64,000 nucleotides of DNA from an uncultured Actinomyces sp. GTDB taxonomy: Bacteria; Actinomycetota; Actinomycetes; Actinomycetales; Actinomycetaceae. The position numbers and the translations under genes were made by a program. The notes below the pieces were generated by a model. That model saw only the letters and a program-made list of their open reading frames with translations, was not told where the DNA came from and made no database searches. Location: the NCBI GenBank assembly GCA_963525415.1, contig CAURIY010000005.1:54441-118440 (forward strand). The letters run 5' to 3'. The stretch's first letter is position 1. Each line of letters opens with the position of its first letter. Shown here piece by piece: positions 19,794 to 28,741 of this stretch.

Positions 19794-21129
19794 CCCCCAC
19801 AAACCCAGCATCACCCGTCAGATCCTGACCCTGGCTCTGCCCACGCTGGGAGCCACCATTGCCGAACCGCTCTTCATGACGATCGACGCCGCAATGGTCG
19901 GTCGCCTGGGCGCAGAAAAGATCGCCGGCATGTCCCTGGGCATGATGGTGCTCAACACCGTCTACGGCATGCTGATCTTCCTCGCATACTCCACGACCTC
20001 CCAGGCTGCGCAGGCCATGGGAGCCGGACGCGCACGCGAAGCCCTCCAAACCGGTGTCCACGCACTGTGGCTCGCCCTGGGATTGGGGGTCATCACTGCG
20101 GGCGGCCTCGCACTGCTGGGCACCCCGCTCCTACTCGCCCTGGGCGCCACCCCCGAAGTCCTCCCCTACGCCCAAGAATTCCTCTGGACATCCCTCCCCG
20201 GCCTCGTCGCAGGCCTCGTCTGCCTCGCAGCTTCCGGGGCATTACGCGGAATTCAAGACGTCCGCACCCCTCTTTACGTCTACGGTGGGGGCGCGATCCT
20301 CAATACCGCGCTCAATGCTTTCCTCATCTACGGGCTGCACTGGGGGATCGCTGGCTCTGGAGCGGGCACATCCATCACCAGCATCATCATGATGATGTTC
20401 TTCATCGTCGCCGTTGGACGACCGGCTCGACGCGAAGGAGCCTCCCTGCACCCCTCCCTGTCGGGCATCGGTGAAGCCTCGCGCATCGGCGCCCCGCTGA
20501 TGCTGCGCTCTTTCGCGCTGCGCATCGCATTCCTCTCCACCATTTGGAGCGCCGCAGCAATCAGCGTGGACGGATTGGCTGCCTACCAGGTCGTTATGTC
20601 GGCCTGGAGCATTCCGGTTTTCCTCCTCGACTCCCTGGGAGTTGCCGCACAGACCCTCGTCGGTTTCGCCGTGGGCGCGGGCGACCAGCACAAACTGCGT
20701 GACCTTATGCGGATCCTGACACGTTGGGGAGCCTGGGCGGGAGTTCTCACCGGGGCGGTCACCATCGCCCTGTCCCCGTGGATCCCCGCGTTCTTCGTCT
20801 CAGAATCTCACGTGCAGGCACTGGCGATCCCCGCGATCATCGTCAACGCGCTCTTCTTCCCCGTGCAATCGGTGGTCTTCCTGCTGGACGGTATTCTCAT
20901 CGGCGCCGGTCGCAGCATGGCGCTTGCTGTCGCGAGCTTTGCCAATCTGTCCCTTTTCATTCCGGCACTCGTTGTCTTTGCCATCTACACCCCGACGATG
21001 AGCGAGGCTCTGGCAGTTCCCCTGCTCATTGGCCTGTTGACCGGCCTGTACATGAGCACTCGACTGGTAACGAACTCCTGGATTGCCTGGTGGTCGCCTC
21101 GACACTCCCTCGTTATCCACACCTCATGA
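19717..21129 (+). CDS. MATE family efflux transporter (DinF-like)
   Basis: ILTLALPTLGATIAEPLF..IDAAMVGRLG, GALRGIQDVRTPL, LDSLGVAAQTLVG. About 12 TM segments. Start uncertain. Confidence 0.9.
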   Translation: MVDTQHDNSSNLQAGLEGSVSTGHPHPHKPSITRQILTLALPTLGATIAEPLFMTIDAAMVGRLGAEKIAGMSLGMMVLNTVYGMLIFLAYSTTSQAAQAMGAGRAREALQTGVHALWLALGLGVITAGGLALLGTPLLLALGATPEVLPYAQEFLWTSLPGLVAGLVCLAASGALRGIQDVRTPLYVYGGGAILNTALNAFLIYGLHWGIAGSGAGTSITSIIMMMFFIVAVGRPARREGASLHPSLSGIGEASRIGAPLMLRSFALRIAFLSTIWSAAAISVDGLAAYQVVMSAWSIPVFLLDSLGVAAQTLVGFAVGAGDQHKLRDLMRILTRWGAWAGVLTGAVTIALSPWIPAFFVSESHVQALAIPAIIVNALFFPVQSVVFLLDGILIGAGRSMALAVASFANLSLFIPALVVFAIYTPTMSEALAVPLLIGLLTGLYMSTRLVTNSWIAWWSPRHSLVIHTS

Positions 21130-21270
21130 TGCGAGGGTGACACCACCCCCGCTGACGACTAAAGTGGTGACTTGGAGTGTTTTTCGCCCACCCGGGTGTT
21201 AAGCACGCCCGTGAATACTCCGGTATTCACGCGTATTTCTCGGATTTCTCCTTGAAATACAGCGCATAAC

Positions 21271-21313
21271 CCTCCTGTCACGGAAATACCGTGACCGCGA
21301 AGACCACAGGAGG
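21271..21313 (+). promoter_or_regulatory. rpsF leader (S6:S18 autoregulatory RNA candidate)
   Basis: CCTCCTG pairs with the SD CAGGAGG and encloses the hairpin GTCACGG-aaata-CCGTGAC and CC-containing junctions. Confidence 0.6.
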
Positions 21314-21324
21314 TGGGTATCAAC

Positions 21325-21615
21325 GTGCGTGCATACGAACTGATGGTGATCCTCGATCCTTCGATCGACGAGCGCACCGTCGCCCCCATGATGGAGAAGT
21401 ACATGGAGCAGGTCACTGCTGCCGGCGGCTCCGTCGAAAAGGTCGACATCTGGGGCAAGCGTCGCCTTGCCTACGACATTCTCAAGCGTTCTGAGGGAAT
21501 CTACGTCGTGATCAACATGACCACGACCCCCGATGTCGCGCTGGAAATCAACCGCCAGATGACTCTGAACGAGTCCATTCTGCGCACCAAGCTCCTGCGC
21601 CCCGACGCCCACTGA
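21325..21615 (+). CDS. rpsF: 30S ribosomal protein S6
   Basis: [12 protein letters not shown]...[10 protein letters not shown]...NESILRTK. Confidence 0.97.
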   Translation: MRAYELMVILDPSIDERTVAPMMEKYMEQVTAAGGSVEKVDIWGKRRLAYDILKRSEGIYVVINMTTTPDVALEINRQMTLNESILRTKLLRPDAH

Positions 21616-21670
21616 CCTTCGGTAGCCCCACGGCTATCACCCACAGCTACACCACCGAGGAGGAGACAAC

Positions 21671-22234
21671 ATGGCTGGAGAAACCGTCATCACGATCATC
21701 GGCAACCTGACCAATGATCCCGAACTGCGTTGGACGCAAAGCGGTGCCCCCGTCGCCGACTTCACGGTGGCATCCACTCCCCGCACTTTCGACCGTAATT
21801 CCAACGAGTGGAAAGACGGGGAAACCCTGTTCATGCGCTGCAGCGTCTGGCGCGAAATGGCCGAAAACGTGGGCGAAACCCTACGTAAGGGCATGCGCGT
21901 CATCGTGCAGGGTCGCCTGACTCAGCGTTCCTACGAAACTCGCGAAGGCGAGCGTCGCACGGTCGTTGAGCTGCAGGTCGACGAGGTGGGTCCCTCCCTT
22001 CGCCGCGCGAAGGCTCAGGTCACCCGTACCGGCGGACAGGGTGGCGCACCCCAGGGCGGCTACGCTCAGGGTGGCCAGCAGGGAGGCTACTCCCAGGGAT
22101 ACGGCAACCAGGGTGGTTACGGCCATGGCAACCAGGGCAGCTACGGCGCCCCTGCCGGCGGCTCATCTGACGATCCGTGGCGTACATCCGATGCGGGTGG
22201 CGCAACGTCCTTCTCTGACGAACCGCCGTTCTGA
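21671..22234 (+). CDS. ssb: Single-stranded DNA-binding protein
   Basis: [22 protein letters not shown] fold, G/Q-rich linker, DEPPF tip. Confidence 0.97.
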   Translation: MAGETVITIIGNLTNDPELRWTQSGAPVADFTVASTPRTFDRNSNEWKDGETLFMRCSVWREMAENVGETLRKGMRVIVQGRLTQRSYETREGERRTVVELQVDEVGPSLRRAKAQVTRTGGQGGAPQGGYAQGGQQGGYSQGYGNQGGYGHGNQGSYGAPAGGSSDDPWRTSDAGGATSFSDEPPF

Positions 22235-22359
22235 TATCTCGCGTGATCGGTACTGAAGCGCCCGCCGAGGCGCCCCGAGCTGTCGGGCATACCGGTCACT
22301 GTGAACGCTGAAGAAAAGCTTGGGGTGGGTTTCCCACCCAGATCATCTAGGAGACAATC

Positions 22360-22602
22360 ATGGCGAAGCCTCAACTTCGCAATAAGCCCATCAAGAAGAA
22401 GGCCAACCCGCTCAAGTCGGCCAAGATCGAGACCATCGACTACAAGGACACCGCGCTTCTGCGTAAGTTCATCTCGGATCGCGGCAAGATCCGCGCCCGC
22501 CGAGTGACCGGCGTGTCCGTCCAGGAGCAGCGTCGCATCGCTCGCGCGGTGAAGAACGCTCGCGAGATGGCTCTGCTGCCCTACTCGTCCACCGGCCGCT
22601 GA
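22360..22602 (+). CDS. rpsR: 30S ribosomal protein S18 (Cys-free form)
   Basis: [26 protein letters not shown]...AREMALLPY. Confidence 0.97.
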   Translation: MAKPQLRNKPIKKKANPLKSAKIETIDYKDTALLRKFISDRGKIRARRVTGVSVQEQRRIARAVKNAREMALLPYSSTGR

Positions 22603-22625
22603 TCGAAACGGGAAGGAACTGAATT

Positions 22626-23084
22626 ATGGCTACCAAGCTCATCCTCACCCACGACGTGGCTCACCTTGGCGCCTCCGGCGAGGTCGTTGAGGTCAAGGAC
22701 GGCTACGCTCGCAACTACCTGGTTCCCCGCGGCCTGGCCGCCAAGTGGACTAAGGGCGCTCAGAAGCAGATCGACCAGATGGCAGCTGCACGCCGCAAGC
22801 GTGAAATTGCCACCGTGGAAGATGCTCGCATCGTCCGCGACGCTTTGCAGGCAGCTGCTTTCGTAACCGTGTCCGGCAAGGTCGGTGCAAACGGCCGCCT
22901 CTTCGGCGCCGTGTCCACCGCTCACATTGCTGACGCAGTGAAGGCAGAACTCGGCCAGACAATCGACCGTCGTCGCGTCGTGATCACCAACCCGATCAAG
23001 ACCACCGGCGATTACTCGGTGACCGTCAACCTGCACTCCGACGTTGTCGCCACCCTCAAGGTGCGCGTCATCGCCGAAAAGTGA
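22626..23084 (+). CDS. rplI: 50S ribosomal protein L9
   Basis: KLILTHDVAHLG..GEVVEVKDGYARNYLVP, GRLFGAV. Confidence 0.97.
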   Translation: MATKLILTHDVAHLGASGEVVEVKDGYARNYLVPRGLAAKWTKGAQKQIDQMAAARRKREIATVEDARIVRDALQAAAFVTVSGKVGANGRLFGAVSTAHIADAVKAELGQTIDRRRVVITNPIKTTGDYSVTVNLHSDVVATLKVRVIAEK

Positions 23085-23113
23085 GAGTTGATCTCGATCG
23101 CTTGATCTGATGC

Positions 23114-23156
23114 CTGTGGGGGGTGGGAGCTACGGCTCCCACCCCCCACAGTTTTT
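23114..23156 (+). terminator. Intrinsic terminator of the rpsF operon
   Basis: 17-bp stem CTGTGGGGGGTGGGAGC-tacg-GCTCCCACCCCCCACAG followed by TTTTT. Confidence 0.85.
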
Positions 23157-23232
23157 CGCCAAAGCACGAACAACCCCTGCTTTTGGCTACGCCGGATTGC
23201 TCTTCTAGAGACAACCCGGCTTCAGATAACAG

Positions 23233-23263
23233 TGTCCCCCGCGCGGAGACCGCGCGGGGGACA
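23233..23263 (-). terminator. Terminator hairpin after the PBP gene
   Basis: TGTCCCCCGCGCGG-aga-CCGCGCGGGGGACA. Confidence 0.65.
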
Positions 23264-23281
23264 TGCATTCGGGAGGCTTCC

Positions 23282-25834
23282 TCAGTTTCCTGAAGATCTG
23301 CTTCCATTCGTCGAACGGTTTCCGCCAGAGGCGGCACCTCCGCTTCCCGTTCCGGCACCGAAAGTCGGCTGACCGCCTCCGGTCGTCCCGGGATTCTGCG
23401 GAGCTGCCGAGGTTGCAGCAGGCTGCGGGGCAGCGGGCTGCGCGGGTGTCCCTTCCTCGGTTGCTTCCTCCGTCGGCTCCGGAGTCGGCGTGTAGGCGCG
23501 CGGCATGACCGACGGCTTCTTGTACCAGTCAAAACTGGCCTTGGTCTGCTCAGCGGTCGCGGCCTTCATGTACTTCACCCACACGTCCACCGGCCAGTCA
23601 CCGCCGTGGAACTGTCCTCGTCCACCGACATTCGTCAGGGGGACAGGGTTACCGTTCTCGTCGCTCTGATACATCGACACGGCAGTCACCAGTTCGGGAG
23701 TGAACCCAACGAACTGAGCGGACTTCTGCTCCTCCGAGGTACCGGTCTTTCCACCCGATTCCACTCGGAGCGCGGACGCCACCGCTTCGGCTGTTCCTCC
23801 TCGCGCAGTCACAGCCTGCAACGCCGGCATAATTGCACTCACCGTATCGCTGCTGAACACCTGCTCGGGGGTGACCGTCGTCTGGTAAACCTTGGAACCA
23901 TCACCGTGCAGCACCTCGCGCACAATATGCGGCGTCGTGCGCAGGCCACCGCTGGCAACCGTCGAGTAGGCGTGCGCCAGATCCATATTGTGGGTCGCGG
24001 CAAAGCCCAGAACGTTGAGGATCGTCGATTCCAAGCCGGGCGTATCTTCCGGAATACCGGCCTTAATTGCCATTTCAGTGGTCGACTCCGGGCCGACTTT
24101 CTCGTTCAAGGCAACAAACGCCGTATTAATCGAGTTCTGCATGGCACTCACCAGGTTGACGCGCCCCCAGGAGACTCCGGAGTCGTTTTGCACGCGCAAG
24201 CCGGCGAAAGTCTGAGGAGAAGCACCGTTGTACACGTCGGTGAGCTTCCCGCCCTGTTCCGCATTCGCCAGCAGAGTGAAGAGTTTAAAGGTCGAGCCAG
24301 CTGCCGCAATGTCTTGCGTCGCCGCATTCTGCTGCCGCTTGAGGTAGTCGGCTCCACCGTATTCCGCGACGATTTCACCGTTTGCGGGGTTGAGTGAGGA
24401 CAGGGCGACATGCATGAATTCCGGGTTCCAACCACGAATCTCATTCATGTATTCGGCGGCTGCCACGGCCTGATCCTGTTTGGTTTTATCGATGGTGGAG
24501 ATGATCTTGTAGCCGCCGGTGGTCAGCTGATCGTGGGTGAATCCGGCTTTGTCGATGAGTTCCGTACGCACCTGTTCCATGAGGTAGCCGGTCGGCCCTT
24601 CCAGTGAGGGGGCGCTGACCGAATCCGGATCGATAGTCGTGGGGAACTGCGCAGATGCCGCGTCCGAGGCGGAAATCCAGCCGTCTTCGACCATCAGTTT
24701 GAGGACGCGTTCCCATCGCGTGCGCGCCTGTTTCTGATCAACGGCGGGATCCCAGGCCGAGGGCGCGGGAATGATTCCGGCGATGAGGGCGGCTTCGCTC
24801 AGGGTGAGTTCAGATGCCGGGTGGTTGAAGAAGGCACGCGAGGCCGCTTCGATCCCATAGGCTCCACGTCCGAAATAGATGGTGTTGAGGTAGTTGCCAA
24901 TGATTTCGTCTTTGCTCTGCTCTCGGTTGATCTTCAGAGCAAGGATCGCTTCTTTCGCTTTGCCCACGTATCCGGTGCGCTCCCCCTCGTAGTAGCGTTC
25001 CACGTACTGCTGAGTGAGGGTGGAGGCACCCTGCCGCGCCCCACCGGTCAGGTTGTTGATGAGGGCACGACCAATTCCCTTGAGATCAATTCCCGAGTTG
25101 GTGTAGAACGTGCGGTCTTCCGATGCAACAACGGCGTGCGGCACGTATTCGGGGAGAGCCGAAGCGTCGATAATAGTGCGGTTGATTTGGGACATGCGCC
25201 CCATTTCAGTGGTTCCGTCGGAGTAGTAGACGGTTGTGGTCTGTGCGAGCGCCACCTGGTCTGCCTTGGGGATTTGCAGGCCTGCGTACATCACCAAGAA
25301 TGTTGCTGCGCCGGCAATCACCGCACCCAGGAAGGTCATGACGATTCCCAGTCCGATCCTGCGACCCCAGCTGCGCTTCTTCTTCCCTTGCGCGCTGGCA
25401 CGGTTTCCCGGTCCCTTCCCGCCCTTTCCTGACGAGGCGGTGCGTGCGCGTGTCCCCGCTGCTGCGCGGGAGGGTGCAACCGTGCGCGCACTTCCTCCGC
25501 CGCTTCGTGTGCGTGGCGCGCTACTTCCCGTTGACGAGGCTCTCGCCGCAGAGCGTCCATTCGCGCCGTTTCGCGTGGCGTCGCGTCCCTGGGACGAGGG
25601 GGAGGTGCTTCCTCCTGCGGAGGTGATTCCACGTTCGATGGCGCTGCGCCGTTGAACGGTTCCACCCGTTTTCTTTCCCGCAGATGCTGCGGAACTTCCA
25701 GCAGTGGAAGCAGCGGGACGAGTTTCACGTCGAGTTTCTTCTGCGACACGTCGTCGGGCAGCCTGAGCACGCGAGGGAAGCCCGGAGGCTCCATTCTCAC
25801 GCGGACGGCCATTCTGTCCGTTAGTCGTTGCCAC
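23282..25834 (-). CDS. Class A penicillin-binding protein (transglycosylase/transpeptidase, PonA1-like)
   Basis: Disordered basic N-tail and a TM helix. TG motifs EDRTFY, GASTLTQQY, YLNTIYFG. TP motifs STFK, SIN, KTGT. Confidence 0.93.
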   Translation of the reverse strand: MATTNGQNGRPRENGASGLPSRAQAARRRVAEETRRETRPAASTAGSSAASAGKKTGGTVQRRSAIERGITSAGGSTSPSSQGRDATRNGANGRSAARASSTGSSAPRTRSGGGSARTVAPSRAAAGTRARTASSGKGGKGPGNRASAQGKKKRSWGRRIGLGIVMTFLGAVIAGAATFLVMYAGLQIPKADQVALAQTTTVYYSDGTTEMGRMSQINRTIIDASALPEYVPHAVVASEDRTFYTNSGIDLKGIGRALINNLTGGARQGASTLTQQYVERYYEGERTGYVGKAKEAILALKINREQSKDEIIGNYLNTIYFGRGAYGIEAASRAFFNHPASELTLSEAALIAGIIPAPSAWDPAVDQKQARTRWERVLKLMVEDGWISASDAASAQFPTTIDPDSVSAPSLEGPTGYLMEQVRTELIDKAGFTHDQLTTGGYKIISTIDKTKQDQAVAAAEYMNEIRGWNPEFMHVALSSLNPANGEIVAEYGGADYLKRQQNAATQDIAAAGSTFKLFTLLANAEQGGKLTDVYNGASPQTFAGLRVQNDSGVSWGRVNLVSAMQNSINTAFVALNEKVGPESTTEMAIKAGIPEDTPGLESTILNVLGFAATHNMDLAHAYSTVASGGLRTTPHIVREVLHGDGSKVYQTTVTPEQVFSSDTVSAIMPALQAVTARGGTAEAVASALRVESGGKTGTSEEQKSAQFVGFTPELVTAVSMYQSDENGNPVPLTNVGGRGQFHGGDWPVDVWVKYMKAATAEQTKASFDWYKKPSVMPRAYTPTPEPTEEATEEGTPAQPAAPQPAATSAAPQNPGTTGGGQPTFGAGTGSGGAASGGNRSTNGSRSSGN

Positions 25835-25939
25835 GAATTCCAGCCTTTCAGCAGGGGTTAACCCCTCTAGCCTACGCAGATACGGCAGGAAATGCGGAGT
25901 AGGTGACAGTCGGGGCGCAGAAAATCACGCCATAATGCG

Positions 25940-25978
25940 CTGTTGCCCCCGGGAAACAGCATTTCCCGGGGGCAACAG
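25940..25978 (-). terminator. Terminator hairpin of the small surface-protein gene
   Basis: 17-bp stem CTGTTGCCCCCGGGAAA-cagca-TTTCCCGGGGGCAACAG, 8 nt past the tandem TGA TGA stops. Confidence 0.7.
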
Positions 25979-25989
25979 ACAAGTGATCA

Positions 25990-26251
25990 TCAGGAGCGGC
26001 GGCGTGCCACGACGCCGGCTCCACCCAGGGCAGCGGCAAGGGCGGCAATCGACAGGGTTGCGACACCCGTCTTTGCCAGTCCGTCCTTCTTCTCCATCTT
26101 CGGGTTCTTCATCTGCAGGCGCCGGTGCGCTCACGCTGGGGGCTGCAGGGGTTGCCGGATCGTCGGCGAAGGCCACACCGGACATTCCAGAAATGAGGCC
26201 GAGAGCCGCGAGGGCAGAAATAGATACGCGCACTGACTTCTTCACCAACAT
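25990..26251 (-). pseudogene. Very small sortase-anchored protein split by a +1 frameshift (pseudogene, recoded gene or assembly error)
   Basis: Frame 0 from ATG 26251 gives signal peptide MLVKKSVRVSISALAALGLISGMSGVAFA plus a P/A-rich segment. The +1 frame gives KKDG-LAKTG(26079-26065)-VATLSIAALAAALGGAGVVA-RRRS-stop(25992-25990). Confidence 0.75.
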
Positions 26252-26341
26252 GAGAATTCACCGACCCCCAGAAATAGAAGGCCAGAATTTTACTCCGCGG
26301 GAGTAGAAAATACTTTCTAGTGGCAAAATTTTATTCCCCAC

Positions 26342-26379
26342 AAAAAGAAAACCGCGGGCACACAATATGTGCCCGCGGT
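26342..26379 (-). terminator. Intrinsic terminator after cca
   Basis: ACCGCGGGCACA-caata-TGTGCCCGCGGT, followed on the minus strand by TTTCTTTTT. Confidence 0.8.
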
Positions 26380-26398
26380 CAAAAGAACAGAGAAGAAA

Positions 26399-28024
26399 TT
26401 AGTGATCCTCTCGATGAGCACCCTTCTTCTTCGCCCGCTTCTCACGGGCAACAGCCTCCCATTTTTCCTGTTCAGCCTGGTATTGAGCAGCCAGATCACG
26501 CACCTCATCACTTGCCCACCAGGCCAGCAGAGCTTCGCGAGCGGCCTCGGCTCCCATCGGCCCATTTTCCATGCGCAATTCCAAAAGGTAATTGCGAGCC
26601 ATAGCTACAGCTTTTGATGGACGAAGCCCCAGGATCTCCATAATTTCATCGCCACTCAAATCCGGACGAATAGCATCTAATTCTTCCTGGGCACGTAAAT
26701 CCGCAATACGCTTTTCCAAATCGTCATAAGCGGCAGACAAATATGCAGCTTTGCGTCTGTTGCGCGTCGTGCAATCGGCACGGGTGAGACGATGCAGACG
26801 CTCCAGAAGCTCCCCCGCATCCGTCACGTATCGACGCACCGCAGAATCCGTCCACTGCGCTTCCCCATACCCGTGGAAACGCAGGTGCAGAGCAACAAGA
26901 GTCGACACCGCCTCGGTCGTCGCCTTATCGAAACGCAGGGCTTTCATACGCTTACGCGTCAGCTTGGCTCCCACCAGCTCATGGTGATGGAAGGAGACCG
27001 TCCCGTTCTTCTCAAAACGTCGAGTCGCAGGCTTGCCCACATCGTGCATGAGCGCGGCAAAACGCAGGATAAAGTCGGGACCGGGTACCGCCCCTTCCGC
27101 GTCCGTTTCCAAGTCAATCGCCTGATCCAACACCGTCAGGGTGTGCTCATAGACATCCTTGTGCCGCCGATGTTCATCCACGGTCGAAACCAGAGCCGCC
27201 AACTCGGGAAGAACGCGGTCAGCGATCCCCGTGTGCACCATGAGCTCCAGACCCCGACGCGGCCACGGAGAAATAATGAGCCGCTCCAATTCCGCGCGAA
27301 TACGCTCAGCGGACACGATCTCCAAGCGCTGCGCCATGCGCTCCATCGCGGTCATGACATCTTCATCAACATCAATTCCCAGCTGAGCGGAAAAACGCGC
27401 GGCACGCATCATACGCAGGGGATCGTCATCGAAAGACTGCTCGGCACTCACCGGGGTACGCAAACGCCCCTGTGCCAGATCCTCCAAGCCGTTATGCGGA
27501 TCCACGAGCACCATCTGCGGAAGGCGCATCGCCATCGCATTCACCGTGAAATCGCGGCGCGTCAGGTCACCTTCCAGAGTGTCCCCGTAGGTAACCTCAG
27601 GCTTACGCGACCCCACTTCATAAGAATCCGTGCGGTACGTCGTCACCTCCACCACGAGGTCACCGCGGCGCCCCCCGATAGTGCCAAATTCCTTCCCGAT
27701 ATCCCACGTGGCATGCCCCCACTTCGCCAGGAGTTCCTCCGTGCGATCGGGATGAGCCGACGTCGCGCAGTCAAAATCGTGGGGGGTCAGCCCCAAGAAG
27801 GCATCACGAACCGGCCCGCCCACCAGGGCAAGCTCCTCACCCGCCTCTTCAAAAACCCTGCCCAATTCCATAAGGGCGGGCGGAAGCTGCGCAAAGGCTC
27901 GCTGTGCCTGCGCCATCAGGAGCGCCAGATCTCCCTCCCCCAAACCGGAGGGACGAGCGGAAGCGGCAGTCGCCTCGTACAAGGAAGCGGAGGGAACGGA
28001 AACGGGAGCGTCTTTCGTACTCAT
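26399..28024 (-). CDS. cca: CCA tRNA nucleotidyltransferase with HD domain
   Basis: LVGGPVRD, DFDCAT, DLTRRDFTVNAMA, DDPLRMMRAARF, HKDVYEHTL, LMHDVGKP. Start estimated. Confidence 0.93.
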   Translation of the reverse strand: MSTKDAPVSVPSASLYEATAASARPSGLGEGDLALLMAQAQRAFAQLPPALMELGRVFEEAGEELALVGGPVRDAFLGLTPHDFDCATSAHPDRTEELLAKWGHATWDIGKEFGTIGGRRGDLVVEVTTYRTDSYEVGSRKPEVTYGDTLEGDLTRRDFTVNAMAMRLPQMVLVDPHNGLEDLAQGRLRTPVSAEQSFDDDPLRMMRAARFSAQLGIDVDEDVMTAMERMAQRLEIVSAERIRAELERLIISPWPRRGLELMVHTGIADRVLPELAALVSTVDEHRRHKDVYEHTLTVLDQAIDLETDAEGAVPGPDFILRFAALMHDVGKPATRRFEKNGTVSFHHHELVGAKLTRKRMKALRFDKATTEAVSTLVALHLRFHGYGEAQWTDSAVRRYVTDAGELLERLHRLTRADCTTRNRRKAAYLSAAYDDLEKRIADLRAQEELDAIRPDLSGDEIMEILGLRPSKAVAMARNYLLELRMENGPMGAEAAREALLAWWASDEVRDLAAQYQAEQEKWEAVAREKRAKKKGAHREDH

Positions 28025-28201
28025 CGCCCACCAGCTTGCCAGACCGAACATTTCTCCGCCATGCCCCCACGCGGAAAACTCCCCTTTTCCCGCAGGAAAA
28101 AGCCGAATCGCGCCCTCTCGGGCACGCACCCCACCAAACTCACACCGCATATTCCGGCCGCGCATCGGTCCCCCAGACCTAAACCCACCTAAACTGGAGT
28201 T

Positions 28202-28741
28202 ATGTCGATCCGCCCGAACGAGCTACGTCCAGGGGTACCCCGCCCCCCGCGACGTCACGCGTCCCTTCAGGCGGCACACACCCCCAACCCGCACTCCCTG
28301 CCGGTCTCTTCGGAAACCTCCGCCGGCGGCATCGTCGTCGATGTCCGCGGAGGACTGCCCTACGCGGCGATCATCGCCAGGCGCAACCGCGCGGGAAAAA
28401 TCGAATGGTGCCTCCCCAAAGGCCACCTCGAAGGATTCGAGTCCCCCGAGGAAGCCGCCCTGCGCGAAGTCGCAGAAGAAACGGGAATCCACGGGAGGAT
28501 CATCCGTCACCTCGCCTCCATTGACTACTGGTTTTCCGGCGCAGACCGGCGCATTCACAAGGTCGTCCACCACTACCTCATGGGGTACGTTTCGGGCAGC
28601 ATCTCCGTGGAAGGCGACCCCGACCACGAGGCCGAGGACGCCGCGTGGCTGTCCCTGCGTGACCTGTCACGCCAGCTCGCCTACCCCAACGAGCGCCGCA
28701 TCGTGGGAATTGCGCTCGACCTTCTCTACCGGGAGAACTAG
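28202..28741 (+). CDS. NUDIX hydrolase
   Basis: Nudix box LPKGHLEGFESPEEAALREVAEETG. TAAACT lies 6 nt before the ATG (leaderless-type). Confidence 0.92.
   Translation: MSIRPNELRPGVPRPPRRHASLQAAHTPNPHSLPVSSETSAGGIVVDVRGGLPYAAIIARRNRAGKIEWCLPKGHLEGFESPEEAALREVAEETGIHGRIIRHLASIDYWFSGADRRIHKVVHHYLMGYVSGSISVEGDPDHEAEDAAWLSLRDLSRQLAYPNERRIVGIALDLLYREN

Noticed and set aside
22360..22602. Zinc-free S18 as a novelty
   Set aside because: Cys-free S18 variants are well known, and this is the normal operon copy.
25925..26079. Cys-rich tail (CRNPVDCRPCRC) of the 108-aa ORF as a RiPP or defensin-like peptide
   Set aside because: It is the shadow frame of the LAKTG sorting signal and runs through the terminator. 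No modification or export genes are nearby.
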